A stretch of 62,016 nt of DNA from Candidatus Omnitrophota bacterium (GTDB taxonomy: Bacteria > Omnitrophota > Gorgyraeia > Ghiorseimicrobiales > Ghiorseimicrobiaceae): assembly GCA_030681595.1 (NCBI GenBank), contig JAUXSB010000036.1, positions 1 to 62,016 of the forward strand. The letters are read 5' to 3'. The translations under genes and the position numbers were made by a program. The notes below the pieces were generated by a model. That model saw only the letters and a program-made list of their open reading frames with translations. It was not told the DNA's origin and did not search any database. Below, piece after piece: positions 48,929 through 57,133 of this stretch. Numbering within the stretch: position 1 is the first letter of the stretch; each line of letters opens with the position of its first letter.

Positions 48929-49066
48929 ATGAAAAAGCATCTTAAGACACCTACGCATATAAAGGGTAAGCGTGTGCATGGTTTCCGACGGAGAATGCGC
49001 ACGCGTTCGGGGGAGTTAGTTCTTAAAAGAAGAAGACAAAAAGGCAGAAAGAGGCTTACGGTCTAG
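48929..49066 (+). CDS. rpmH: 50S ribosomal protein L34
   Basis: Not in the ORF track (45 aa). [45 protein letters not shown] is a typical L34. Confidence 0.9.
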   Translation: MKKHLKTPTHIKGKRVHGFRRRMRTRSGELVLKRRRQKGRKRLTV

Positions 49067-49098
49067 TTGTCGCTGGCCGGGGCCGGAGTTGTTGAAAA

Positions 49099-49308
49099 AT
49101 GAAAAGATTAATCCTTTGGGGGTTAGCCTTTTATAAAAATTATATATCTGTTGTTCTGCCGAAATCTTGTCGTTTCTGGCCGAGCTGTTCCTGTTATGCC
49201 CGCGAATCTATAAAGAGGTATGGCGCGCTAAAAGGCGGATTACGAGCTCTCTGGCGCATTGTCCGCTGCCAGCCTTTTTCTGCCGGTGGTTATGACCCAG
49301 TCAAGTAA
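49099..49308 (+). CDS. yidD: membrane protein insertion efficiency factor YidD
   Basis: 69 aa. ...CRFWPSCSCYARESIKRYGALKGGLRALWRIVRCQPFSAGGYDPV is the YidD signature. Confidence 0.9.
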   Translation: MKRLILWGLAFYKNYISVVLPKSCRFWPSCSCYARESIKRYGALKGGLRALWRIVRCQPFSAGGYDPVK

Positions 49309-49324
49309 AAGTAATAATTAGCTT

Positions 49325-50842
49325 ATGGAAAAACGTACACTCTTAGCGATAGTGTTATCGGTGGTTGTTTTATTTATTTATTCTACATTTGCTTCTCGGA
49401 TGTATCCAGTTGCAAACAAAGAAGATACATCTAAAAAAACAGCGCTTGTACTGCTGGAAAAACCAGTTACGCCATCTGCTGATATAGCTTTACCCCAAGA
49501 ATCAACGGTCGATGAATATTTTCAATGGGAAACGGATAAGATGAAAATATTTTTCGCCAACCCCGGTGCTCGTATCAGCAGAGTAGAGTTAAAAGAGCAT
49601 AATACTAGTTTTTTTCTAGAAGATTTGTTGGTTTTTAATGATGAAAAAACCAGTGATTTTAAGGTTGAAAGAACAAAAGACGCAATAATTTTTACTTTTA
49701 GGGATACAGATCAAGAGATTATTAAGCGATATTCTTTACATAACAATAGCTATTACATAGAGTTAGAGCATACAATTCGCAGATTTAATACGTCTGCGCC
49801 TTCCGCTTGTAGAGTATGGCTAAATTCAAAATTAATTAAACAGACAGATCAGGATAATCGCTTCATGGAGTTAGCGATTGCCCAGCCGAAAAATATTGTT
49901 CGTAAGGCCCTGCTGGGCTTAAAACCGAGCACCTTTCAGTCAGATAAGGTTGATTGGGTAGGCCTACGGGATAGATATTTTGCTTTTATTTTGCGTCCTG
50001 AGAGCAAGATCGAAAAGATTATAACCCAGCAAAATAATGAGCAGGTTCTGGTTGAGGTAGTGTTAGAATCTAAGGAGGTGGATAAATTTACCCTCTATTT
50101 GGGCCCGCAAGATATTAGATATCTAAATGCGGCGAACCTAGGCTTTGAAAATATCCTTTATTTCGGATTTTTTGATACCATTAGCCAGGTTTTGCTTTCG
50201 GTGTTAAAATTTCTTTTTGGCGTTACGCATAACTGGGGAGGAGCAATTCTTTTGTTTGGTTTCTTAATTTTTATCTCCATGTATCCCCTAACCCTAAAAC
50301 AGATGCGTTCGATGAAAGAGATGCAGATTTTACAGCCAAAAATTAAGGAACTACAGGAACGTTATAAGGGGGATAGCCAGAGATTAAACAAGGAAATCAT
50401 GCAGTTATATAGAGATCATAAAGTTAACCCGCTAGGCGGGTGTTTGCCAATGTTGCTTCAAATGCCCATCTTTTTTGCTTTATATCAAGCTTTGATGCGT
50501 TTTGTGGGTTTAAGAGGAGCGAAATTTTTATGGATAAAAGATTTATCTCAGCCGGATAGGTTCATAATGCTTCCGAATAAATTGCCCATTATCGGGAGTG
50601 AAATCAATATACTACCAATACTAATGATGGTAAGCATGTTTATGCAACAAAAGGTGAGTATGGGAGCTATGTCAGGCGGTAGCTCTGCAGAGCAGCAAAA
50701 ATTAATGTTAATTCTTATGCCATTGTTATTCGGCTTTCTTTTTTATTCCATGCCGGCAGCTTTAGTTTTATATTGGTTTGTGTATGGCGTTTTGAGTGGC
50801 GCTCAACAGTGGCTATTAATGCGAAGAAGGCAGGCAGAATAA
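49325..50842 (+). CDS. yidC: membrane protein insertase YidC
   Basis: 505 aa. N-terminal TM, periplasmic domain, and a C-terminal 60-kDa IMP core (LQPKIKELQERYKGD...NPLGGCLPMLLQMPIFFALY). Confidence 0.93.
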   Translation: MEKRTLLAIVLSVVVLFIYSTFASRMYPVANKEDTSKKTALVLLEKPVTPSADIALPQESTVDEYFQWETDKMKIFFANPGARISRVELKEHNTSFFLEDLLVFNDEKTSDFKVERTKDAIIFTFRDTDQEIIKRYSLHNNSYYIELEHTIRRFNTSAPSACRVWLNSKLIKQTDQDNRFMELAIAQPKNIVRKALLGLKPSTFQSDKVDWVGLRDRYFAFILRPESKIEKIITQQNNEQVLVEVVLESKEVDKFTLYLGPQDIRYLNAANLGFENILYFGFFDTISQVLLSVLKFLFGVTHNWGGAILLFGFLIFISMYPLTLKQMRSMKEMQILQPKIKELQERYKGDSQRLNKEIMQLYRDHKVNPLGGCLPMLLQMPIFFALYQALMRFVGLRGAKFLWIKDLSQPDRFIMLPNKLPIIGSEINILPILMMVSMFMQQKVSMGAMSGGSSAEQQKLMLILMPLLFGFLFYSMPAALVLYWFVYGVLSGAQQWLLMRRRQAE

Positions 50843-51025
50843 ATGGAAAGCATAGAGATAGAAGGTAAGACCGTAGAAGAGGCAATTAAGAAAGCGTTGG
50901 CTCAATTAAAAGCCAAGCGTTCAGAAGTGCAGATTAAGATTATTTCTGAAGAGGTGCGCGGCTTATTTGGCATGCCGGGAGCCAAGCCGGCAAAAATAAG
51001 AGCCACGCTAATAGTAAAAAAATGA
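50843..51025 (+). CDS. Jag_N-domain-only protein (truncated Jag/KhpB homolog)
   Basis: 60 aa. IEIEGKTVEEAIKKALAQLKAKRSEVQIKIISE matches the Jag N-terminal domain. The KH and R3H domains are absent. Confidence 0.6.
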   Translation: MESIEIEGKTVEEAIKKALAQLKAKRSEVQIKIISEEVRGLFGMPGAKPAKIRATLIVKK

Positions 51026-51061
51026 CCTTCTTATGCCAAAAATTTTGACGCAGAAATAAAA

Positions 51062-51077
51062 TGCTCCACGTGGAGCA
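51062..51077. promoter_or_regulatory. parS-like 16-bp palindrome TGCTCCACGTGGAGCA (also the stem of a hairpin with flanking A/T runs)
   Basis: Perfect palindrome. 12/16 identical to the consensus parS TGTTNCACGTGAAACA, with symmetric substitutions. Located 23 nt upstream of parA. Confidence 0.45.
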
Positions 51078-51099
51078 TTTTATAACTTGTTTAATTACA

Positions 51100-51945
51100 A
51101 TGGGTAAGGTAATCGCGATTTGCAATCAGAAGGGCGGAACCGGTAAAACTACTTCGGCGGTTAATCTCGCGGCCTATTTATCCTTAGAGGGTAAAAAAGT
51201 TTTATTAATTGACTTGGATGCGCAGGCGAACGCCACTAGCGGGTTAGGCATAGATAAGTTAAAAGTAAGCCGAAGTATCTACAGCGCGCTTTTAGAGGAT
51301 GCGCCGTTAACAGATTTAATTCTGCCTACGGTAATACCAAATTTATTTTTAGTTCCGGCTAATATTGATTTGAGCGGTTGCGAGATAGAGTTGGTTGGCG
51401 TAATGGCGCGGGAATACCGCCTGCAAAAAGCCATTCAGCCGGTTAAGGATGATTTTGATTTTATTTTTATTGACTGTCCGCCGTCCCTCGGTTTATCGAC
51501 GATAAATGCGCTTTGCGCGGCAGATTCGGTTTGTATTCCGGTGCAGTGTGAGTATTATGCTTTAGAAGGACTGGGGCAGCTTTTAAATACTATCTCTTTA
51601 GTACGAGAGAACCTCAATTCGCATTTAAATGTAGAGGGTGTCATTTTAACCATGGCGGATTTTCGCACTAATTTAACGCGCGAGGTAATTGCTGAGACCC
51701 GTAAGTATTTTTCTTCGGATCAGTTACAGGTTAAGGTCTATAATACGATTATCCCGCGTAACATCCGCTTAAGTGAAGCGCCGGGGTTTGGAAAACCCAT
51801 TGCTTTGTATGACAAAGAATCCTTGGGCGCTAAAAAATACTTAGAATTGTCTTACGAAATGCTAGGTTTAGGCGTTGAGGCATTAGATATCAATAGCCAT
51901 AATTCTAAATCTAATATCGAGTTAGGAGAAAATAATGTCCAATGA
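51100..51945 (+). CDS. parA: chromosome partitioning ATPase ParA/Soj
   Basis: The ORF is open from 51061, inside the palindrome. The likely start is MGKVIAICNQKGGTGKTT (deviant Walker A). Confidence 0.9.
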   Translation: MGKVIAICNQKGGTGKTTSAVNLAAYLSLEGKKVLLIDLDAQANATSGLGIDKLKVSRSIYSALLEDAPLTDLILPTVIPNLFLVPANIDLSGCEIELVGVMAREYRLQKAIQPVKDDFDFIFIDCPPSLGLSTINALCAADSVCIPVQCEYYALEGLGQLLNTISLVRENLNSHLNVEGVILTMADFRTNLTREVIAETRKYFSSDQLQVKVYNTIIPRNIRLSEAPGFGKPIALYDKESLGAKKYLELSYEMLGLGVEALDINSHNSKSNIELGENNVQ

Positions 51946-52816
51946 GACAAGGAGAGCATTAGGTAGAGGGTTAAGCGCTTTAATCCCGGAAAAAGTTTTG
52001 GAAAAACCGGAATTAAAAGAAGAAATCAAGGGGATGGTAAATTTAAAAATTGAGCAAATTATGCCTAACCCCTATCAGCCGCGAGAAGAATTTAATGCGC
52101 AGGCCCTAGAAGAGTTGGCCGCTTCAATCAAGGAAAAAGGTTTTATTCAGCCGATAATTGTGCGTAAAAGCTTAGACGGTAAATACGAATTGATAGCTGG
52201 CGAGCGCAGGCTTCGTGCTGCTAACTTATTGCGTTGCAATGAGATACCAGCAATAATTAAAGAGGTAAACGACGAAGAGTCATTGGAGTTAGCTTTAATT
52301 GAAAACATTCAAAGAGAGGACCTAAATCCTTTAGAAGAAGCGCAGGCTTATCAGAAGCTAGTCGATCGCTTTGGTTTTACGCAGGAAAAGATTGCTCAAG
52401 TAGTGGGTAAGGCCCGGGCAACCATTAATAACGCGTTGCGTATTTTAAAATTGCCGGCGAAGATCCAGGAAAGCATTAAAAAAAATCTTTTATCTTTCAG
52501 CCATGCGCGGGCTCTCTTGGAGATAGAGAATAAAGAGGAGCAGCAGGTTTTAGCTGACAAAATCATTTCTTCGGAATTATCTGTCAGGGAGCTGGAAAAT
52601 ATATTAAAGCATAAGCGGCGTGAAAAAAACAAAAAGCCGAAAGCCGCCGCACTTCAGAAAGAACCCCATGCCGTGGCGGTAGAAGAAGAGTTGCAGCATA
52701 TTTTATGCACCAAGGTAAGAATTATGCAGGCGAAGAAGCGCGGCCGCATAGAGATAGAATTTTATTCGCCGGAAGACTTGGAAAGAATTTTGGGCGTGCT
52801 GTTAAAGAAAAAATGA
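51935..52816 (+). CDS. parB: chromosome partitioning protein ParB/Spo0J
   Basis: 293 aa. ParB box GERRLRAA, HTH region and a C-terminal dimerisation domain. Confidence 0.92.
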   Translation: MSNETRRALGRGLSALIPEKVLEKPELKEEIKGMVNLKIEQIMPNPYQPREEFNAQALEELAASIKEKGFIQPIIVRKSLDGKYELIAGERRLRAANLLRCNEIPAIIKEVNDEESLELALIENIQREDLNPLEEAQAYQKLVDRFGFTQEKIAQVVGKARATINNALRILKLPAKIQESIKKNLLSFSHARALLEIENKEEQQVLADKIISSELSVRELENILKHKRREKNKKPKAAALQKEPHAVAVEEELQHILCTKVRIMQAKKRGRIEIEFYSPEDLERILGVLLKKK

Positions 52817-52907
52817 GGCCCCGTTCTTCCCGCGTTGGTTTGGCTAAGGCGTTGCCTCGAGGGGGCAGGCATATTTTGAAATAATAAATTTAAGGAGGAA
52901 GAGCGGG

Positions 52908-53417
52908 ATGAAGAACACGCAGGCGACCTTAGTGTTGATTAAGCCGGATGGCTTAAAAAAATCTTTGACAGGCAATATTTTGGCGCGGCTTTCCGAGACG
53001 AAGCTGGAAATCATTGCGGCAAAGGTAGTGCGGGTTTCTAAGGAATTAGCCGAGCAGCATTATTACCACTTAAAAGATAAGCCATTTTTTCCCGAGTTGA
53101 TTAAATACCTTCAGGGGGAGCTGCACGACAGAAAAAAAGTTTTAGCCCTTGTTTACGGCGGCGAAGATGCCATAAATAAGGTAAGGCAGCTTGCCGGCGC
53201 AACTAATCCCGAGGAGGCAGACCCGACGAGCATCAGAGGTTCTTACGGCAGAATCACCACCAAGGGTTTATATGAAAATGTAATTCATGCCTCAACCAAT
53301 GAAAGCGAGGCAGAAAGAGAAATAAAACTTTGGTTTTTACCCGAAGAGATAATCGTAGATTTGTATCATGCGAAAATAAAGACTCAGGATCAATGTACGC
53401 ACCGCGTCTGGGCGTAG
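52908..53417 (+). CDS. ndk: nucleoside-diphosphate kinase (with C-terminal extension)
   Basis: TLVLIKPDG..., NVIHASTNESEAEREIKLWF (active-site His region). Confidence 0.85.
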   Translation: MKNTQATLVLIKPDGLKKSLTGNILARLSETKLEIIAAKVVRVSKELAEQHYYHLKDKPFFPELIKYLQGELHDRKKVLALVYGGEDAINKVRQLAGATNPEEADPTSIRGSYGRITTKGLYENVIHASTNESEAEREIKLWFLPEEIIVDLYHAKIKTQDQCTHRVWA

Positions 53418-53520
53418 ATACAGGATTTCCGCTGAAGGCGGATTCGTCTCCGGCGCAGAGGGCGGAGAGCTTAAGAATTAACCAGGATTTCATTATTTAA
53501 GAAGAACAAAAGGATCGCGT

Positions 53521-54366
53521 ATGCTTACAGGAATGACCGGTTTTGGCCGCGCGCAATTAAGGTATGGTAAAATACATTTTACGCTGCAGATGAGCAGTGT
53601 CAATCACCGTTTTTTCGAGGTGGTGTTCCATATTCCGGGGAGCCTGATTTACCTGGAAGATAAAATTAAACACTATCTGCACAAAAGGATAAAAAGGGGC
53701 AGGATTACGCTTAATCTTTCTGTCTCGGGGAATCTTTGCAGTAAGGCCTCTTTAGATAAAGAATTGGCCAAAGAATACTTTCGGGCGGTATGCGCATTAA
53801 AAAAAGAAGTATCTCTTTCTGGGGAAATAAGCCTTGCGCAGTTGAGCGCTATGCCGGGAGTGTTGAGCCCGCAGGAGAGCGTACTCCCTGAAGAGGTAAT
53901 CTGGCCAAGAATAGAGAAGCTGTTAATTTCAGCCTGCGATAATTTATCCCGGATGCGGCTTAAGGAAGGAGAGGCGATAGAGAAAGATGTTTTGTCCCGG
54001 CTGGGTAAAATAAATACGAAGCTGTTATTTATTAATCGTAAGATACCGGTAGTTATCGCGCAGAAATGTAAGCGTTTCGGATCATCCGGTATAAGCAGCG
54101 AAGAAACAAACGCGGCAATTAGAAATTGCGATATAGCCGAAGAAGTTACGCGCCTTGCTTTTCATGGTAAAAGTTTTGCCGCGAAAATAAAAAATAACCG
54201 CAGGCGCGTTCCCCTCGGAAAAGAGTTGGACTTTATTACACAAGAGATGCAGCGTGAGGCGAATACGATGGGCGCGAAAGCACAGGATGTTCATTTAAGT
54301 GCCGCAGTTATAGAGATGAAAAGCCAGATTGAGAAAATCCGGGAACAGATACAGAATGCGGAGTAA
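53521..54366 (+). CDS. yicC: YicC family protein
   Basis: 281 aa. N-terminus MTGFGRAQ and C-terminal DIAEEVTRL...QEMQREANTMGAK motifs. Conserved yicC-gmk-rpoZ order. Confidence 0.85.
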   Translation: MLTGMTGFGRAQLRYGKIHFTLQMSSVNHRFFEVVFHIPGSLIYLEDKIKHYLHKRIKRGRITLNLSVSGNLCSKASLDKELAKEYFRAVCALKKEVSLSGEISLAQLSAMPGVLSPQESVLPEEVIWPRIEKLLISACDNLSRMRLKEGEAIEKDVLSRLGKINTKLLFINRKIPVVIAQKCKRFGSSGISSEETNAAIRNCDIAEEVTRLAFHGKSFAAKIKNNRRRVPLGKELDFITQEMQREANTMGAKAQDVHLSAAVIEMKSQIEKIREQIQNAE

Positions 54367-55063
54367 AAAACCAGAAACCAGTCCCAAAAGTAGAAATACT
54401 ACGCAGAGAAACATCGGGATCCCGAAGATTATCGTACAAAGTAACTGCATTCGGGAAAACCAGAAACCAGAAAGTAAAAAAATAGGGCTTATTTTTATTG
54501 TTTCCGGCCCTTCAGGCTCAGGCAAGACGACGCTGATAAAGCATCTGTTGGGAAAAGATGAATACAGAAATAACCTAAAAAAGGCAGTAACTTGCACGAC
54601 GAGAAAACCCCGCGGCAAGGAAAAAAACGGCCAAGATTATATTTTTATAAACGAGCGGGAATTTAAAAACAGGATTAAGAGAAAAGAGTTTTTTGAATGG
54701 CAGAGGGTTTTAGGTAGTTTTTACGGTACGCCGCAAGACGAGGTAGAAAAAAATCTCCTCTCGGGCAGTGACGTCATTCTTTGTATCGATGTCAAGGGGG
54801 CCGAGTTTCTGCGGGGCAATAGAAAATGCCGTTTCGTATATATTTTTATCCTGCCTTCGGGAAAAGACTGGCGGCAAACCTTAAAAATAAGGTTAACTAA
54901 GCGTTCCAGCGAGCCGCAACGAGAGATAGAGAAACGCTTGAAACTGGCCGAAAAAGAAATATTCCGCGCAAGAGATTATGACCACGTGGTCATAAATAAA
55001 AACATTGAAGAGGCAACAGATGAGCTTGGTTCGATCATCGCTTGCGAGAGGCTGAAAGGTTAA
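54356..55063 (+). CDS. gmk: guanylate kinase (start uncertain)
   Basis: Core LIFIVSGPSGSGKTTL... The only canonical in-frame starts (54329, 54356) add a ~40-50-aa low-complexity extension. That extension is encoded by AAAACCAGAAACCAG direct repeats and the palindrome TCGGGATCCCGA. Confidence 0.8.
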   Translation: MRSKKPETSPKSRNTTQRNIGIPKIIVQSNCIRENQKPESKKIGLIFIVSGPSGSGKTTLIKHLLGKDEYRNNLKKAVTCTTRKPRGKEKNGQDYIFINEREFKNRIKRKEFFEWQRVLGSFYGTPQDEVEKNLLSGSDVILCIDVKGAEFLRGNRKCRFVYIFILPSGKDWRQTLKIRLTKRSSEPQREIEKRLKLAEKEIFRARDYDHVVINKNIEEATDELGSIIACERLKG

Positions 55064-55207
55064 ACGAGCCCGTCTGCGGCGGAAATTCGCGCAGATTTTA
55101 TTTTGTGACTTTATCCCTTGCTTAGGCGCTTGTCCCGAAGTTTCGGGACTACGCGAGCTTCGGGATTTATTTTCCCGCTGTCAGCGGAAAAATTAAGGAG
55201 AGATAAT

Positions 55208-55417
55208 ATGGAAAATGTTCCGCTGGAAAAGTTACTAAACGTAACCGGCAATTCACTGTATAAATTAGTAATTTTGGTGTCGCGCCGGGCAATAGAGATT
55301 GCTGAAGGTGCGCCCAAGTTATGCGACGTAAATTCTACGGTTAAGCCGGCAAGCATTGCCTTCCGCGAAATCTTAGAAGGCAAAGTGTCTTGTAAGAAAA
55401 TCAAGAAAAGCGAATAA
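55208..55417 (+). CDS. rpoZ: DNA-directed RNA polymerase subunit omega
   Basis: MENVPLEKLLNVTGNSLYKLVILVSRRAIEIAEG... The upstream part of the 55118 ORF covers a hairpin-rich spacer. SD AAGGAGAG. Confidence 0.85.
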   Translation: MENVPLEKLLNVTGNSLYKLVILVSRRAIEIAEGAPKLCDVNSTVKPASIAFREILEGKVSCKKIKKSE

Positions 55418-55953
55418 TGAGGAGCAAAAAAATTATTTTAGGCGTAACCGGCAGTATCGCGGCCTATAAAAGCGCGGACATTATCCGGCGCCTACAGGAT
55501 GAAAAAATTCAAGCCGTGGTTATTATGACCAAAGAGGCAGAGGCATTTATTACGCCCCTGACTTTAGAGGCGCTATCCGGCAATAAAGTTTATAAGGAGA
55601 TGTTTGGAGGGCGCGAATACAGCGATATAGAACACATTTCTTTAGCCGATCAGGCAGATTTAATTTTAATTGCGCCGGCAACCGCGAATATCATTGCCAA
55701 AATCGCCGCGGGCATTTGCGATGATTTATTGACTGCCACGGTTTGCGCCGTCAAGGCGAAGGTTTTAATCGCTCCGGCGATGAATGAAAATATGTATTTG
55801 AATAAAATCACGCAGGAAAACATTAGGAAATTAAAAGCGCTTGGTTATAAATTTGTCGAACCGAAAAAAGGAAGGCTTGCCTGCGGGAAAGTAGGCGTTG
55901 GTTGTTTAGCTGATGTTGAGACGATAATTAAGGAAGTTAAAAAGGTTCTTTGA
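55417..55953 (+). CDS. coaC: phosphopantothenoylcysteine decarboxylase (flavoprotein, CoaC domain only)
   Basis: 178 aa. KIILGVTGSIAAYKSADIIRRL..., PAMNENM. No CoaB half follows. Confidence 0.8.
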   Translation: MRSKKIILGVTGSIAAYKSADIIRRLQDEKIQAVVIMTKEAEAFITPLTLEALSGNKVYKEMFGGREYSDIEHISLADQADLILIAPATANIIAKIAAGICDDLLTATVCAVKAKVLIAPAMNENMYLNKITQENIRKLKALGYKFVEPKKGRLACGKVGVGCLADVETIIKEVKKVL

Positions 55954-55958
55954 GATTT

Positions 55959-56030
55959 GGCGACGTAGCCAAGCGGCAAGGCAGTTGTCTGCAAAACAAC
56001 TATACAGCGGTTCGAATCCGCTCGTCGCCT
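55959..56030 (+). tRNA. tRNA-Cys (anticodon GCA)
   Basis: GGCGACG TA GCC..GGC A GTTGT CTGCAAA ACAAC TATAC AGCGG TTCGAAT CCGCT CGTCGCC T. A clean cloverleaf; CCA is not encoded. Confidence 0.9.
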
Positions 56031-56109
56031 TGAATTTTGCTTCGCAAAATTCAATCCCGAGCAACCGTAGCATTAATAATTAGTTGCGAGGGATCTTAGA
56101 AAGCATAAC

Positions 56110-56192
56110 GGGCAAGTGGTGGAATGGCATACACGAAGGACTTAAAATCCTTTGGCTGTAAGGTCGTGAGGGTTCGACTCCCTCCTTGCCCA
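56110..56192 (+). tRNA. tRNA-Leu (anticodon UAA)
   Basis: Acceptor GGGCAAG/CTTGCCC, anticodon arm AAGGA/CTTAAAA/TCCTT, long variable arm, T-arm GAGGG/TTCGACT/CCCTC. Confidence 0.9.
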
Positions 56193-56200
56193 TTAAAATA

Positions 56201-56271
56201 GAACTAAGATTAAAGAGCTAAGAATTAAGATAAAAAATGCCCGAATTTTCTTAGATCTTAGTTCTTGGTTC
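56201..56271 (+). repeat. hairpin built from CTAAGA/TCTTAG words (tRNA-Leu - tRNA-Val spacer)
   Basis: gaactaagattaaagagctaagaattaaga ... tcttagatcttagttcttggttc. Confidence 0.7.
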
Positions 56272-56287
56272 TTTTGTCTGATTTTGA

Positions 56288-56364
56288 GGGCTCATAGCTC
56301 AGTTGGTTAGAGCGTTTCCTTGACATGGAAGAGGCCGGAGGTTCGAGTCCTCCTGGGCCCACCA
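56288..56364 (+). tRNA. tRNA-Val (anticodon GAC), CCA encoded
   Basis: GGGCTCATAGCTCAGTTGGTTAGAGCGTTTCCTTGACATGGAAGAGGCCGGAGGTTCGAGTCCTCCTGGGCCCACCA. Confidence 0.9.
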
Positions 56365-56479
56365 TATAAAATTAAAAGCTCAAAATACAAAATGAAAAAT
56401 TAGTAGTTTTAAAGCATTCATGTTCGCGTATCTTAGCGCAGGCAAAGATTTGTAGTTGAGGTTAAATTAAGGATAAGAA

Positions 56480-56978
56480 GTGTTTTTTTACGAAGAGATA
56501 TTAAGGGCGTTTCAAAGGCAAAAAGTAAAATATGTGCTTGTGGGCGGGATTGCGGTTAATCTCCTTGGTTTAATGCGTAGCACGGCAGATTTGGATATCC
56601 TTGTTGAGATGAGCGATGATAATCTTAGGAAGATTGTTGGCATTTTGACAAGCCGGGGCTATCGTGTTAAACAACCCGTAGAACCAGTGAAATTAGCAGA
56701 TTAGGAAAACAAGAGAGAGTTGGATTAAAAATAAGCATATGAAAGCGTTTAATTTTTATAAAGAGGACGAGCTAAAAGAAGTTGATATAATTATAGAATC
56801 CCCCGTTTCTTTCCATGAAGCGAAAGAAGATGCTGTGCGTATCAAAATCGGCAGTTTAATTTTGCCGGTAATTTCTATAAAAAATCTGATTAAGATGAAA
56901 CAAAAGACTGGGCGCGCAATTGATAAGTTAGATATAGAAGAGTTAAGGAAGATAAGAAAACTAAAAGGAAGTATATGA
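56480..56978 (+). pseudogene. nucleotidyltransferase-fold protein split by a frameshift (two ORFs, 56480-56704 and 56739-56978)
   Basis: ORF1 carries YVLVGGIAVNLLGLMRSTADLDILV (NTase G..R..D.D motif) and stops at 56702. The +1 frame is open from 56697 (QIRKTRESWIKNKHMKAF...) and continues into ORF2. A 1-nt shift near 56695-56700 would therefore fuse them into one ~155-aa protein. Confidence 0.5.
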
Positions 56979-57133
56979 TTTTTAAATGGGAGACAGAAAA
57001 AGAGCGGCTTTTAAGACTTATGCGGATTGATCCTAAGAAAAAATTAGAGTGGTTAAGACAGATGAATGAATTTATTCTGAAATGCTCGTCAAAACAAACC
57101 AAATTGCTGCGATGGAAATTAAGAGGGATTTAG
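56975..57133 (+). CDS. small hypothetical protein (52 aa) coupled by an ATGA overlap to the nucleotidyltransferase module
   Basis: MIFKWETEKERLLRLMRIDPKKKLEWLRQMNEFILKCSSKQTKLLRWKLRGI. It is below the ORF-track cutoff. Its 3' end overlaps the thrS 5' region. Confidence 0.35.
   Translation: MIFKWETEKERLLRLMRIDPKKKLEWLRQMNEFILKCSSKQTKLLRWKLRGI

Noticed and set aside
54295-54618. 107-aa minus-strand ORF overlapping the yicC end and the gmk start.
   Set aside because: It is antisense to two conserved plus-strand genes in a region where every other gene is plus-strand. The peptide is hydrophobic, low-complexity and has no motif.
55959-57133. An integrative element or prophage at the tRNA-Cys/Leu/Val cluster.
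   Set aside because: No integrase, no direct repeat of a tRNA 3' end, and only ~0.7 kb of accessory sequence (the split nucleotidyltransferase module).
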